64,000 bases of DNA from an uncultured Gemmatimonadales bacterium (GCA_963716255.1 OY970303.1:768001-832000); one strand, 5' to 3'. Positions 1 to 9,448 are shown, numbered from the stretch's first letter. Notes: generated from the sequence alone by a model not told the origin. Made by a program: numbers and translations.

Positions 1-579
1 TGGGCGCTCTTCGGCTCGGCGCGCGGGCCGCTGGTGATGCACGCCGCCTTCGCCGCGCACCACATCCTGGACCGCGGCAACGGCTACTGCGCCCGCACCG
101 AATTTTTCCGGAGGCTGCGGCAGCTGGGTCCCCTGGCGGTGGTGCTCTGCGAGCCCAGCTCGGACCACCACACCCACCTGCTGGGCGAGCGCTTCGAGAA
201 CTGCTGGCGCCACTTCGGCCTCACCTTCGACCTTGTGGACCGCGCGGGGCTCCCGCCGCGCGAGGCGGCAGCCATCAAGATGTTCTTCGCCCGCGAGATC
301 CAGGACATCCTGGGGAACGCCGAGGAAACGCGCTGCGAAAGGCACGAGAGCGCGTCCGCGTGGGTGGACCGGCTGCGGCGCGCCGGCTTCGTCCCGTACG
401 GCGACTTCGTCCTTTCCGACCGCATCCGCCACGACGTGGTGGCGGTGAAGCCGCGCGAGGGGTACGTGGGACTGGACTACTCCGGCGAGACGCTGGTGGC
501 GGTGATCTGCGCCACCTCCGGCGACGCGGCCGCCCAGGCCCGCCTGCACCACCCCACCCGGGTGCTCCAGGTGGCCTGA
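1..579 (+). CDS. Bacterial GRAS-domain protein, C-terminal part (5' truncated by window edge)
   Basis: Frame open from base 1. Motifs LVMHAAFAAHHI, RFENCWRHFGLTFD, FFAREIQDILG and RCERHESASAWVDRLRRAGF match the order of the GRAS PFYRE/SAW regions (REI..I...R.ERHE...W..R...AGF). Confidence 0.8.
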   Translation, partial: WALFGSARGPLVMHAAFAAHHILDRGNGYCARTEFFRRLRQLGPLAVVLCEPSSDHHTHLLGERFENCWRHFGLTFDLVDRAGLPPREAAAIKMFFAREIQDILGNAEETRCERHESASAWVDRLRRAGFVPYGDFVLSDRIRHDVVAVKPREGYVGLDYSGETLVAVICATSGDAAAQARLHHPTRVLQVA

Positions 580-602
580 CGCCCGCCCGGGGGCGCACGC
601 GG

Positions 603-644
603 AGCGGGGGCGGGGGATCCGGACCGGATCTCCCGCCCCCGCTT
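603..644 (+). terminator. Long GC hairpin after GRAS gene
   Basis: agcgggggcgggggatccgg-a-ccggatctcccgcccccgct followed by tcgcttt. Confidence 0.55.
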
Positions 645-842
645 CGCTTTCCGGCCGTTTTCCACACCGCGGCCCCTCCGCCGCGAGGCTTGCACGCACC
701 CCGGACGGCGCGTAGACTATACGCTCCTTGCCGGCCGATGCCGCGCCCGGCGGCGCGGCCGCTCATCCCCGCCGCGCCCGGTGCCGACACTTCCCCGTTG
801 CAGCGCCCTCTCCGCGTTCAACCCATCTTCCTCCGAGAGCCC

Positions 843-1373
843 ATGAACGCCCGTCCCTATCCGCCCAGCTTCCAGGTGAGCGGCGGCAACATCCTTTCCA
901 TGCTCAGCGCCATGGGCCCGTTCCGCAAGCGCGGCGAGCAGCTCCTGTCCGAGCAGGGGATCGAGAACGTGTCGGCGGAGGCGTGGTACCCGCTGGAGGG
1001 GTACGTCCGGGCGCTGGAAACCATCGGCGAGAAGATGGGGCCCAACACTCTCTTCCAGATCGGCAAGCAGATCCCCGACCACATCATGCTCCCGCCGGGG
1101 CTGGACACGTTCGAGAAGATCGCGGCGTCCTTCGGCATGGCGTTCGACATGAACCACCGCGGGCACCCGGGAAAGATCACCTACCAGATGACGGACGACC
1201 ACTCGGTCACCATCGTAACGGGGACGCCCTACCCCACCGACTTCGACCGCGGGGTGACGCAGGGGTTCTTCCACAAGCTGATCTCGGCGCGGGTGAACGT
1301 GGTGGAGGCGACGTCGCAGCCGAGCAAGCGCGACGGTGCGGAGACGTCCACGTTCCTGGTGTCGATGCTTTAG
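843..1373 (+). CDS. V4R/HNOB-like small-ligand-binding domain protein
   Basis: ATG at 843 (MNARPYPP...). Motifs WYPL, GPNTLFQIG and TPYPTDFDRG..QG resemble stand-alone V4R/heme-NO-binding-like proteins. Coding-like composition starts here, not at 360. Confidence 0.6.
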   Translation: MNARPYPPSFQVSGGNILSMLSAMGPFRKRGEQLLSEQGIENVSAEAWYPLEGYVRALETIGEKMGPNTLFQIGKQIPDHIMLPPGLDTFEKIAASFGMAFDMNHRGHPGKITYQMTDDHSVTIVTGTPYPTDFDRGVTQGFFHKLISARVNVVEATSQPSKRDGAETSTFLVSML

Positions 1374-1383
1374 ATCTGTCTGG

Positions 1384-1514
1384 GGGGCCGCTCCGGAGCC
1401 GGACGATACTGCCGTCCGTCTCCTGCGCGGGCTGCGGGAGCCAGCCGAAACTGCCCGGCTGTCTCCCTTCGCACGGAGGGAACCCCGCCAAACAACCGGC
1501 GGGTTTCCCTCCGT
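1384..1514 (+). repeat. Triple-hairpin intergenic repeat (family B), copy 1
   Basis: Starts GGGGCCGCTCCGGA, then three stem-loops with loops GATACTGCC, AAACTGCC, AAACAACC; colinear with 60937-61066. Confidence 0.75.
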
Positions 1515-1647
1515 TCACGTATTTGGGTTCGGCTCCGTGTCGGCCGCTGGATCCCGCTACCGGATCGGGCGCTGGAGCAGCCTATGATTCTACGACACGG
1601 GGCGGGGCCGGCGAGGCCGGCCCTGCCCGCGGTCCTGCTCCGCAACT

Positions 1648-3450
1648 CTACCCGCAGACGCGGTTCCGGCCTGCATGCTTGGCCTCGTACAGCCTGGCGT
1701 CCGCCCCGCGGACCAGGGCCTCGGCGCTTCCACCGGAGCCGCAGACGCCCATGCTGAGCGTGACCCGCAGCTCCGGGTGGAGCGTGGCCCAGTCGCTGGC
1801 CTCCACGGCGGCGCGGATGCGCTCGCACAGGCCCCGGGCCTGCTCCGGCGGCGTCCGCGGGAGCAGAAGCAGGAACTCCTCCCCGCCATACCGTCCCACG
1901 ACGTCGATCGTCCGGCACGACGCGCGAAGGATCCGGGCGACCCGGCGCAGCACGTCGTCCCCCGAGGCGTGGGAGAACCGGTCGTTGATGCTCTTGAAGT
2001 GGTCGATGTCCGCGATGACCACGGTGAGGTCCTCCCCGAAGCGGCTCGCGCGCTCCCACTCCACCGCCAGGCACTCGTCGGTCCAGCGGCGGTTCGCCAG
2101 GCCGGTAAGCCCGTCCTCGCGGCTCTGGCGCTCCAGCTCCGCGGCCTGCAGCCGCAGCTGTTCCAGCAGCGAGGCCTTTTCCCTGTCCGCCGCGCGCAGG
2201 GCGTCGTTGGCGGCGGTCAGCTCGTCGTTCATGGTGCGGAGCAGCTCGGCCTCGCGCTGCGAACGCTCCACCTCCGCCTGGACCAGCAGTGTCTGGATTC
2301 GCCGCTCGGTCTCGGCGTTGCGCGTCTCCTCCCGGACCTCGTAGTGGCTCTTGAGGTGGTGGAGCGCCCTGGCGGCGTCCCCACACACCTCGTGCGCCCG
2401 GGAAAGGACCACGTGCGCTTCGCACACCACCCCGCGCGCCCTGATCTCTTCCCCGATGGCCAGCGCTTCCCCGAGCGCCTCCCGCGCCCTTTCCGGCTCC
2501 GCCAGCAGAAGGAACAGCTCCCCCATGGTCGTCCGGGTGACCGCTTCGAGATACCGGGAACCGGTCGCCAGCGTCGCCTCGATGGCGGCGCTGCACGACT
2601 CCAGCGCCGCGTCCCGCTCTCCACGGCGCCCGTGCAGCAGCCCCAGTTCGCCGAACGCCCGTGCTTCGGCATGGCGGTCGCCGACGTCCTGGGCGACCGC
2701 CAACGCCTCGTGGAACCGCCGCAGGGCGTGTTCATGCTCGCCCAGTCTGCTGTGCGACACGCCCATGTTGAGCAGGGATACCGCTTCGTTGTTCAGGTCC
2801 CCGACCTCGCGCGCAAGGGCGAGCGCCCGCCCGTGGAACTCCAGCGCGCGCCGGAAGTCGGCGAGCTCGCCGTGGATGTTGCCGATGTTGACGACCGATT
2901 GGGCGACCCGCACGCGGTCCCCCGTTTCCTCGGCGAGGCGCAGGGCCGCCTGGTAGGCTTCCAGCGCCCGGGCGAACTCGCCGATGGCGAAGTGTACGTT
3001 GCCGATGCCGATCATGGTCGCGGCCTCTCCGGTGCGGTCGCCGGCCGACCGCTGCAGCCCGAGCGCCGCGAAGTGCGAAGCCAGCGACGCCGGAAAGTCG
3101 CTGCGGCGATGATGGACGTTTCCGGTCCAGTTCAGCGCGCTGGCCGACCCGGCGGGCTCCCCGATCTCGCCGAAGATCTCCATGGCACGCCCCAGGTCCG
3201 CCAGCGCCAGTTCGAAGTCCAGGAGAAGGCAGCGGCACGCCCCGGAGTTGCGCAGCGCGTACGCGGCGCCCACGCGGTAGCCTGCTCGATTCGCAAGCTC
3301 CAGCGCCTGGCGGGCGAACCACAGCGCGGAGGTCGGGTCCGTATGCCGCGTCTCCCACGCGCGCTCGTTCAGCGCATCGATGCGCGCCTTTCCGTCCGGC
3401 TCGCCACCTGCGCCGGGAAAACGAGGGGTGGCCGAGGTCGTATCGGTCAA
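1648..3450 (-). CDS. TPR-repeat diguanylate cyclase (GGDEF)
   Basis: N-terminal TPR repeats, DGLTGLANRR, DIDHFKSINDRFSH, RxxD I-site (RTID) and GGEEF active site. Confidence 0.92.
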   Translation of the reverse strand: MTDTTSATPRFPGAGGEPDGKARIDALNERAWETRHTDPTSALWFARQALELANRAGYRVGAAYALRNSGACRCLLLDFELALADLGRAMEIFGEIGEPAGSASALNWTGNVHHRRSDFPASLASHFAALGLQRSAGDRTGEAATMIGIGNVHFAIGEFARALEAYQAALRLAEETGDRVRVAQSVVNIGNIHGELADFRRALEFHGRALALAREVGDLNNEAVSLLNMGVSHSRLGEHEHALRRFHEALAVAQDVGDRHAEARAFGELGLLHGRRGERDAALESCSAAIEATLATGSRYLEAVTRTTMGELFLLLAEPERAREALGEALAIGEEIRARGVVCEAHVVLSRAHEVCGDAARALHHLKSHYEVREETRNAETERRIQTLLVQAEVERSQREAELLRTMNDELTAANDALRAADREKASLLEQLRLQAAELERQSREDGLTGLANRRWTDECLAVEWERASRFGEDLTVVIADIDHFKSINDRFSHASGDDVLRRVARILRASCRTIDVVGRYGGEEFLLLLPRTPPEQARGLCERIRAAVEASDWATLHPELRVTLSMGVCGSGGSAEALVRGADARLYEAKHAGRNRVCG

Positions 3451-3549
3451 CGGAAGCTCCCTGAAAGGATTTAGGCGGAGAAGGAGCGGCGGGGTGCCGG
3501 CTAGGAGCCGGCGGGCGCACAGGACCCGGCACCGGCTGACGCCCGCGCC

Positions 3550-3789
3550 TCAGCCGATCTCTTTCGCCGGGTCGGACTCGGCGAGGGCCTGGCGGAGGGC
3601 GGGCTCGTCGTCGGTCGCCACGGCGTCGGCGAACAGGAAGCCCACACGCACCGGCTCGTCCGGGTCCTCGGGGCAGCGGAAGCGCGCGGCGAAGATCCCC
3701 AGCTCGGTGGGGGCGGGGTGCCCGTACTGGATCTCCACCAGCCAGCCCCGGCCGCGCTCGTCCTGGAAGATCGCCCTGTCCTTTTGCAT
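3550..3789 (-). CDS. Small hypothetical protein (79 aa)
   Basis: ATG at 3789, MQKDRAIFQDERGRGW...; coding-like composition; co-oriented with the DGC. Confidence 0.65.
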   Translation of the reverse strand: MQKDRAIFQDERGRGWLVEIQYGHPAPTELGIFAARFRCPEDPDEPVRVGFLFADAVATDDEPALRQALAESDPAKEIG

Positions 3790-3940
3790 CGCTCGCCCGT
3801 AGCATCGGTGTGTGCGCCGCTCCCCGGCGGGCGGCCGGCGGGATGATAACACCCCGCGGCGGCGCGCGGTACACCCGCGGCACGCTCCTCGCCACGCGGC
3901 GGGCGGGCGGTGCGTGGCGACGATCACCCGGGCGGAGAAC

Positions 3941-4348
3941 ATGAGCGAGAACGCGGGAACGCGCGAGCGGCTGGAAGCCGCGGCGGAGGGGCTTCTCTTC
4001 ATCAGCGAGACGGAGTCGCCCTTCGAGTACGAGGAGCTTCCCGGCGATGCGCCGGAGGAGCTGACCGCCGACGCGGTGCGGGCGGCGCTCGGAGAGCCGG
4101 AGGAGACCCCCGCCGCGGAGCTGTCGCTGGACCGCTTCCTGTCGGGCCACATCGAGGAGGCCGACCCCGCCGACCCGGTCGCGCAGGAGAGCGTCGGGCG
4201 CTTCCGGGCGCTCAAGCAGGCGCTCGCGGAATCGCTTGCCGACGTGAAGGTCTTTCGCGTGGGCGACGTGCAGGTGTGCTACCACGCACTCGGCCGCACG
4301 CCCGACGGCAGGGTCGCGGGGCTGTCCGCCTCCGCGCTGGAGACCTGA
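3941..4348 (+). CDS. nuiA: Nuclease A inhibitor (NuiA family)
   Basis: GLLFISETESPFE, VKVFRVG..QV...LG, C-terminal ..LET; acidic; GGAG RBS; adjacent to a NucA-type nuclease. Confidence 0.85.
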   Translation: MSENAGTRERLEAAAEGLLFISETESPFEYEELPGDAPEELTADAVRAALGEPEETPAAELSLDRFLSGHIEEADPADPVAQESVGRFRALKQALAESLADVKVFRVGDVQVCYHALGRTPDGRVAGLSASALET

Positions 4349-4384
4349 GCCCACATGGCCCCCGAACCGCAACCCGTCGCGCGA

Positions 4385-5776
4385 ATGAGATCCCGTTTGA
4401 TTCCAGCGCTCGCCCTCGCCGCCGCGCTGGCGGCCGCCTCCGGCGGGAACGTCCCCCGGCTTCGCGCGGCCACCGTGGAGCCCGGCATCGACGCACCCGG
4501 CGCGGCGCAGGGACGGGCGCGCATCGTCATCAGCGAGGTGCTGGCGGACCCGGGCGCCGTCGCGGACGAGCAGGGCGAGTGGATCGAGCTGTACAACGCA
4601 GGCGACGCCCCGGCGGAGCTGCGCGGCTGGCGGCTGGCCTCGCGCGGCGACGCGGGGCATACCATCGGACACTCGCTGGTGGTGCAGCCGGGGGCGGCGG
4701 TGGTGCTGGCGCGCTCCACCGCCCAGACCCGCAACGGCGGCGTCGGCGCGGACCACTCCTACGGAACGGACCTGTCGCTCGCCAACTCCGCCGACTGGCT
4801 GGTGCTGCGCGACACCCGGGGTGCGACGGTGGACTCGGTGGCGTGGAGCTCGCCTCCGCGCCGGGGCGCCTCGTGGGCGCTGCGGACGCTGGACGGGGCG
4901 CACGCGGAGGCCGGCGGTCCGGCGTGGACCGTGTCGGAGGCCAGCTTCGGGCGGGGGGACCGGGGGACGCCCGGGCGGGTGGAGGGGCTGGAGGGCCCGG
5001 CACTCGCGCCGGACACCGTCACTGCGGGCCCGGTCTACCGGAGCCACGTGGAGTTCGGCACGCCGCGCGACCAAAATCCGGCGGACGACTACCTGCTGGA
5101 GAAGCGGCAGTACGTGCTCTCGTACAACCCGCGGCTGAACGTGGCCAACTGGGTGTCGTGGAACCTGAACCGCACGCACTTCGGCGACGAGCCGCGGGCC
5201 CCGGCGTTCATGGCGGACTCGGCGCTCCCGGCGCGCTTCACGCGCGTGGTCGCCTCGGACTACACGGGGAGCGGCTACTCGCGCGGGCACATGGTGCGCA
5301 GCGAGGAGCGCACGGCCACGCCGGAGGACAACGCTTCCACCTTCCTGCTCACCAACGTCCTCCCGCAGACGCAGGACCTGAACGCGGGGCCGTGGCTGGG
5401 GCTGGAGCGCTACCTCCAGGAGCAGGCGCAGCGTGAGGGGCGGGAGATCTTCGTCGTGGCGGGCGGGGTCTTCCCGGCGCAGCCGCAGACGCTCAGGGGG
5501 CGCGGCAAGGTAGCGATCCCCACGAGCACCTGGAAGATCGCGGTGCTGCTTCCATACGGGCGGGGGCTCGCGGACGTGAAGTCCGCCCGCGACCTGCGCA
5601 TCATCGCGGTGAACATGCCCAACGTGAACGGCATCGCGACCCGGCCGTGGCGCGAGTACCTGACCACCGTGGATGCGCTGGAGCAGGCGACGGGGTACGA
5701 CTTCCTCGACCAGCTGCCGGACGAGATCGAGGCGGAGGTGGAGCGGGCGCCAGCGCGGACACCTGGACGACCTTGA
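4385..5776 (+). CDS. Secreted DNA/RNA non-specific endonuclease (NucA-like) with N-terminal lamin-tail domain
   Basis: Signal peptide; IVISEVLADP..GEWIELYN (lamin-tail domain); YVLSYN..ANWVSW, YSRGHM (DRGH-like), TFLLTNVLPQ..LNAGPW..LE. Confidence 0.9.
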   Translation: MRSRLIPALALAAALAAASGGNVPRLRAATVEPGIDAPGAAQGRARIVISEVLADPGAVADEQGEWIELYNAGDAPAELRGWRLASRGDAGHTIGHSLVVQPGAAVVLARSTAQTRNGGVGADHSYGTDLSLANSADWLVLRDTRGATVDSVAWSSPPRRGASWALRTLDGAHAEAGGPAWTVSEASFGRGDRGTPGRVEGLEGPALAPDTVTAGPVYRSHVEFGTPRDQNPADDYLLEKRQYVLSYNPRLNVANWVSWNLNRTHFGDEPRAPAFMADSALPARFTRVVASDYTGSGYSRGHMVRSEERTATPEDNASTFLLTNVLPQTQDLNAGPWLGLERYLQEQAQREGREIFVVAGGVFPAQPQTLRGRGKVAIPTSTWKIAVLLPYGRGLADVKSARDLRIIAVNMPNVNGIATRPWREYLTTVDALEQATGYDFLDQLPDEIEAEVERAPARTPGRP

Positions 5777-5812
5777 CTCGGACACGCGCGATGCGCATCA
5801 GGAGAACCGGCC

Positions 5813-6058
5813 ATGGCGAGGATTACCAAGAACCTGTCGCTCGGCCCGAAAGCCGTTGAACGCGGGGAGCACTACAGCGCACTCCACTCCACGAGCCTTT
5901 CACGGCCCGTGAGCGACTTCCTCTCCCGGCTTCCGTTGGACGAAGAGGAGCAGGAGCAGCTGTTGACTCCGACGGTCCGTCGGCTCATGGGCGCGGCGAA
6001 GGGTGGCCCGGACGAAGACGACTACCATGAGTACCGCTTCCAAAAGTACGGCCAGTGA
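5813..6058 (+). CDS. Putative antitoxin (DUF6364/ribbon-helix-helix-like)
   Basis: 81 aa; TKNLSL..A....YS....SLSR.V.DFL...V.RL.G.....DY..Y...KY pattern typical of antitoxins upstream of PIN toxins; AGGAG RBS. Confidence 0.65.
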   Translation: MARITKNLSLGPKAVERGEHYSALHSTSLSRPVSDFLSRLPLDEEEQEQLLTPTVRRLMGAAKGGPDEDDYHEYRFQKYGQ

Positions 6059-6185
6059 GGCAACTGGGCGACATCAACTTCGCTCACGACGTGCGGCTGG
6101 AACGGATACCGTGGGCGGGAGAATAGCGGATACCGTGGCCAGGAGAATGAGGCGCTGCTCCTGGCATTGTTTGAATACTGGTGAG
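6055..6185 (+). pseudogene. Degenerate PIN (VapC-like) toxin remnant
   Basis: GTGA overlap with antitoxin stop; reads VRQLGDINFAHDVRLERIPWAGE* (cf. MRVLxDxNVVLDVLLxRxPWA), stop at 6124-6126, then an imperfect 24-bp duplication. Confidence 0.55.
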
Positions 6186-6287
6186 TTGGGAATGCCTACC
6201 GAAGCAAGGCTGCTCGATCATTTTTAGTGGCAATGTAGAATGGCGCGCCCCCCAGCATCGGCCTAGACTCCCACGGAATGCTGCACC

Positions 6288-6863
6288 ATGACCCAGCGCG
6301 ACGACAGTTCGAACATCGTGGATGGAGTATTGATCGGAGCTACGGTATTGGCTCTATTAACTCTGAGTTCCGCATTTCTTCCGCTGGGATTTACTCGTTG
6401 GTCCATGACCGCTTTAATCATGGTCTGGTCTTTTCTACAGTTCAGGACGCGCGAAGGCACGAGCACGGCATTGGGGATCGCGATCTTCGGCGGAATTTCT
6501 ACCGCTGCGCTCGTGGCCGTTTTGGACCCGATGCAGGCTTCAGCGACTCCTGGTGAGATCATCATTGGCTTTGCGGCATTCGGATCATCTTTAGGCCTTG
6601 GAACGGGCCTGATGCGCGACAATCCGCCGGTCCCTACTCTGGATCAGTACAAGAGGTGGTTGGAGGTAGCCGTACTCATTGGATTGGGATTCGGGTTTGT
6701 TGCAATTCCATTCACTCCCTTCACCAATGCCGCAGATGTCTCGAGCCGTGCGACCTTTGGTGCTGCCATCTTCGGCGCTGCACTCATCGGCCCTGCGCGG
6801 ATCGGTTTGTCGCTCGGAATTTTTTTTCGGCGTGTTTTCCGTCCCCTGCGCCCCAGAGCATGA
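6288..6863 (+). CDS. Hypothetical multi-pass membrane protein in lower-GC islet
   Basis: 191 aa, about 6 hydrophobic segments; many A/T-ending codons unlike the flanks. Confidence 0.65.
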   Translation: MTQRDDSSNIVDGVLIGATVLALLTLSSAFLPLGFTRWSMTALIMVWSFLQFRTREGTSTALGIAIFGGISTAALVAVLDPMQASATPGEIIIGFAAFGSSLGLGTGLMRDNPPVPTLDQYKRWLEVAVLIGLGFGFVAIPFTPFTNAADVSSRATFGAAIFGAALIGPARIGLSLGIFFRRVFRPLRPRA

Positions 6864-7035
6864 CACTCCGGATCGCGGTCGCCGCACACGACTCGACATC
6901 CTGGACACCATGACAGAGCACTTCCACACGGATCACTGGATGCCACCATGAAGTTGGTGGCGAAGCCGTTGCGGAAACCCTGAACGGTGTCGCGCCTACA
7001 CGGCATGCGGGATAGCTGCGATTCCCTATACGACT

Positions 7036-7884
7036 CTACTCTGTCGATCCCGCAGCTTCCTGCGCCAGCTCGTACGCCGCGTTCCGCGCGATCCCCAGCC
7101 GCCGCCTCAGCTCCTTCGCCACCGCGCTGGGCGACATCCCCTGCGCCATGAGCGCCTGCGCGATGGACCGAGCCGCCAGCGCGTCCGTCTCCGCCTCGGC
7201 CTCCGCGTCCTCCGGCCTCCCCTCCACCACCACCACGATCTCCCCCTTCACCTCGCGCTCCTCGAAGCGGGAAGCTGCGTCCTCGGCCGTCCCGCGGAAG
7301 AACTCCTCGTGCATCTTGGTGAGCTCGCGCCCCACGGCCACGCGGCGCTCCGCCCCCGCCGCCGCAGCCAGGTCGCGCAGCAGCTCCGCCGTGCGGTTGG
7401 GCGACTCGTACAGCACGGCCGCGTAGGGAAGCCCGGCGATCTCCTCCAGCAGCTCCGTGCGGCGCCCGCCCTTGCGCGGGATGAAGCCGTAGAAGGCGAA
7501 GCGCTCGGCGGAGATCCCGGAGGCCACCAGCGCCGCCAGCAGCGCCGAGGCGCCGGGAATGGGCACCACGTCGAACCCCGCCTCCACCACCTCGCGCACG
7601 ATGCGCGCGCCGGGGTCCGACAGGAGCGGCGTCCCCGCGTCGGTGATGAGGGCCACGTCGCGTCCCTCGCGCAGCATCTCCACCACCGTGCCGGCGCGCG
7701 ACCTCTCGTTGTGCTCGTGCGCCGAGACCAGCCGCCCGCCGATGCCGTAGTGGCGCAGCAGCACCCCCGAGCGGCGCGTGTCCTCCGCCAGGATCACGTC
7801 CGCGGCCCTGAGCACCTCCACCGCGCGGTAGGTGATGTCGCCCAGGTTGCCGATGGGCGTGCTGACGATGAAGAGCGACGCCAT
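7036..7884 (-). CDS. rsmI: 16S rRNA (cytidine1402-2'-O)-methyltransferase
   Basis: STPIGNLGDIT.RA, AEDTR, DAGTP..SDPG, YESPNR, RELTKMHEE. Confidence 0.95.
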   Translation of the reverse strand: MASLFIVSTPIGNLGDITYRAVEVLRAADVILAEDTRRSGVLLRHYGIGGRLVSAHEHNERSRAGTVVEMLREGRDVALITDAGTPLLSDPGARIVREVVEAGFDVVPIPGASALLAALVASGISAERFAFYGFIPRKGGRRTELLEEIAGLPYAAVLYESPNRTAELLRDLAAAAGAERRVAVGRELTKMHEEFFRGTAEDAASRFEEREVKGEIVVVVEGRPEDAEAEAETDALAARSIAQALMAQGMSPSAVAKELRRRLGIARNAAYELAQEAAGSTE

Positions 7885-7886
7885 CC

Positions 7887-8864
7887 TCAGAGACCCACCG
7901 CCCAGGGGAGCCGCGCGAAGAACCCCTGCTCCGCCAGCACGAAGCGCGAGTCGTGCGCCACCCGCGCCACCACCTCCGCCGGGTCCACCGCGAAGCGCTC
8001 CGCCGCCACGATCAGCGCCTCCGTCACCCACTCCGCCACCCCGTCGGTGAGCGTGCGCGGCGTGGCCACCGGGTCCCCGCGGACGCGCCCCTCGTCCGTG
8101 AGGACGAAGGCCTCCACCTCCGGCCGGCGGACCCTCACCTGCGCCTGCGTGCGCCGCATCAGCTCCAGCCCCGCCTCCCTTCCCACCGGCGCCGACACCT
8201 CGCGCAGCACCCCGCCCACGATGCGGCGGTACAGGTCCACCAGCCCCGGTCCGGCCTGCACCGGCAGCTCCGCGAGCCCCGCGTACAATCCCACGCTGAG
8301 CGCGTCGCCCGCCTCGGCGAAGACCGCGCGCAGGTGGTCGCCCACGGGCACCCCGGGGTCGCGCCGGCAGAAGTAGCCGGTGCGGAAGCCGCCGTTCTCG
8401 AACACCAGGTACTGGTGCGCCCGCCCGTCGCTCAGCTCCACCACCCCGCTGAAGGCGCGGCCGCGGAGCGCGGGAAACAGGCAGTCCGGCCGCCGCGCGT
8501 CCTCCTCGCTCGTCCAGGGGAGCGGCGGCTGCACAAGCGTGGCGAGCATGGCCTGGAGCTGGACCTCCGGCGCGCCCAGGTAGGCGATCTGCCCGCCCTC
8601 GCCGCGCTCGCTCTCCGTGCCCACCACGCGCAGCACCTCCGCGAGCGCCACCTGCTCCCGGCGGCCGGGCTCGATGCGGGCGGCGTGGAAGGGCTCCCCG
8701 TCCCGCAGGAAGATGAGGTAGCAGCGGTCGCCCAGCTGCACCGCGACGAAGCCGGGGACGCGGGCCGTGCGGTCGCGCTTCCCGTCGCTGAGCAGCCCGG
8801 GGAGGTTGACGTAGCTGAGCTTGGTCCGGGGGAGGTAGGCGACTTCGTGGGGGAAGCGGTACAT
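7887..8864 (-). CDS. Hypothetical protein with two DUF4388-like internal repeats
   Basis: ATG at 8864 (MYRFPHEV...); segments GFVAVQLGDRCYLIFLRDGEP and FSGVVELSDGRAHQYLVFENGG resemble each other. Confidence 0.75.
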   Translation of the reverse strand: MYRFPHEVAYLPRTKLSYVNLPGLLSDGKRDRTARVPGFVAVQLGDRCYLIFLRDGEPFHAARIEPGRREQVALAEVLRVVGTESERGEGGQIAYLGAPEVQLQAMLATLVQPPLPWTSEEDARRPDCLFPALRGRAFSGVVELSDGRAHQYLVFENGGFRTGYFCRRDPGVPVGDHLRAVFAEAGDALSVGLYAGLAELPVQAGPGLVDLYRRIVGGVLREVSAPVGREAGLELMRRTQAQVRVRRPEVEAFVLTDEGRVRGDPVATPRTLTDGVAEWVTEALIVAAERFAVDPAEVVARVAHDSRFVLAEQGFFARLPWAVGL

Positions 8865-8998
8865 GGCGCGTGACGAGTCGGGTCGGGGAAAGCGGACCCT
8901 GTGGGGATTACGGGACGCGGGCCGGCGTGAAAGGCGCGCGGGGGAAACGAAGCGCGGCGGACGCGGGGCCGAGATGGCCCCGCGCCCGCCGCACTTTG

Positions 8999-9346
8999 CT
9001 ACATGGCCTGCTGGCTCTTCTGCAGGTGCTGCTGGATCTTCTGCTCCAGCGCCGGCCGGGGCACCGCGCCGACCACCGTGTCCACCAGCTGCCCATCCTT
9101 GAAGAACAGGATGGTGGGGATGGAGCGCACGTTGAACTGCGCCGCCGCGCGCGGGTTGGAGTCCACGTCCAGCTTGGCCACCTTGACCTGGCCCTGGTAC
9201 TCGCCGGCGAGCTGCTCCACGATGGGAGCGATCATCCGGCAGGGACCGCACCACTCGGCCCAGAAATCCACCATGGAGAGACCCTGTGCGATCTCCGCCT
9301 GGAAGTTGTCGTCGGTCACCGTGACGGTGTTTCCGTTCTCCGCCAT
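8999..9346 (-). CDS. trxA: Thioredoxin
   Basis: VDFWAEWCGPCRMIAP; ATG at 9346. Confidence 0.97.
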   Translation of the reverse strand: MAENGNTVTVTDDNFQAEIAQGLSMVDFWAEWCGPCRMIAPIVEQLAGEYQGQVKVAKLDVDSNPRAAAQFNVRSIPTILFFKDGQLVDTVVGAVPRPALEQKIQQHLQKSQQAM

Positions 9347-9448
9347 TTGCGTCCTTCCGTTTGTGAGGATCGGTAGCCAGGCCCGCCCCCGCGGGCTATT
9401 CTTCCCCGCGTCCGAATCCACGCAAGAAACCAACCGTTGCGAGGCACG

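Noticed and set aside
1384..1514. Tandem hairpin units as a possible mini-CRISPR array
   Set aside because: No identical repeats separated by unique spacers, only three units, and no cas genes in the window.
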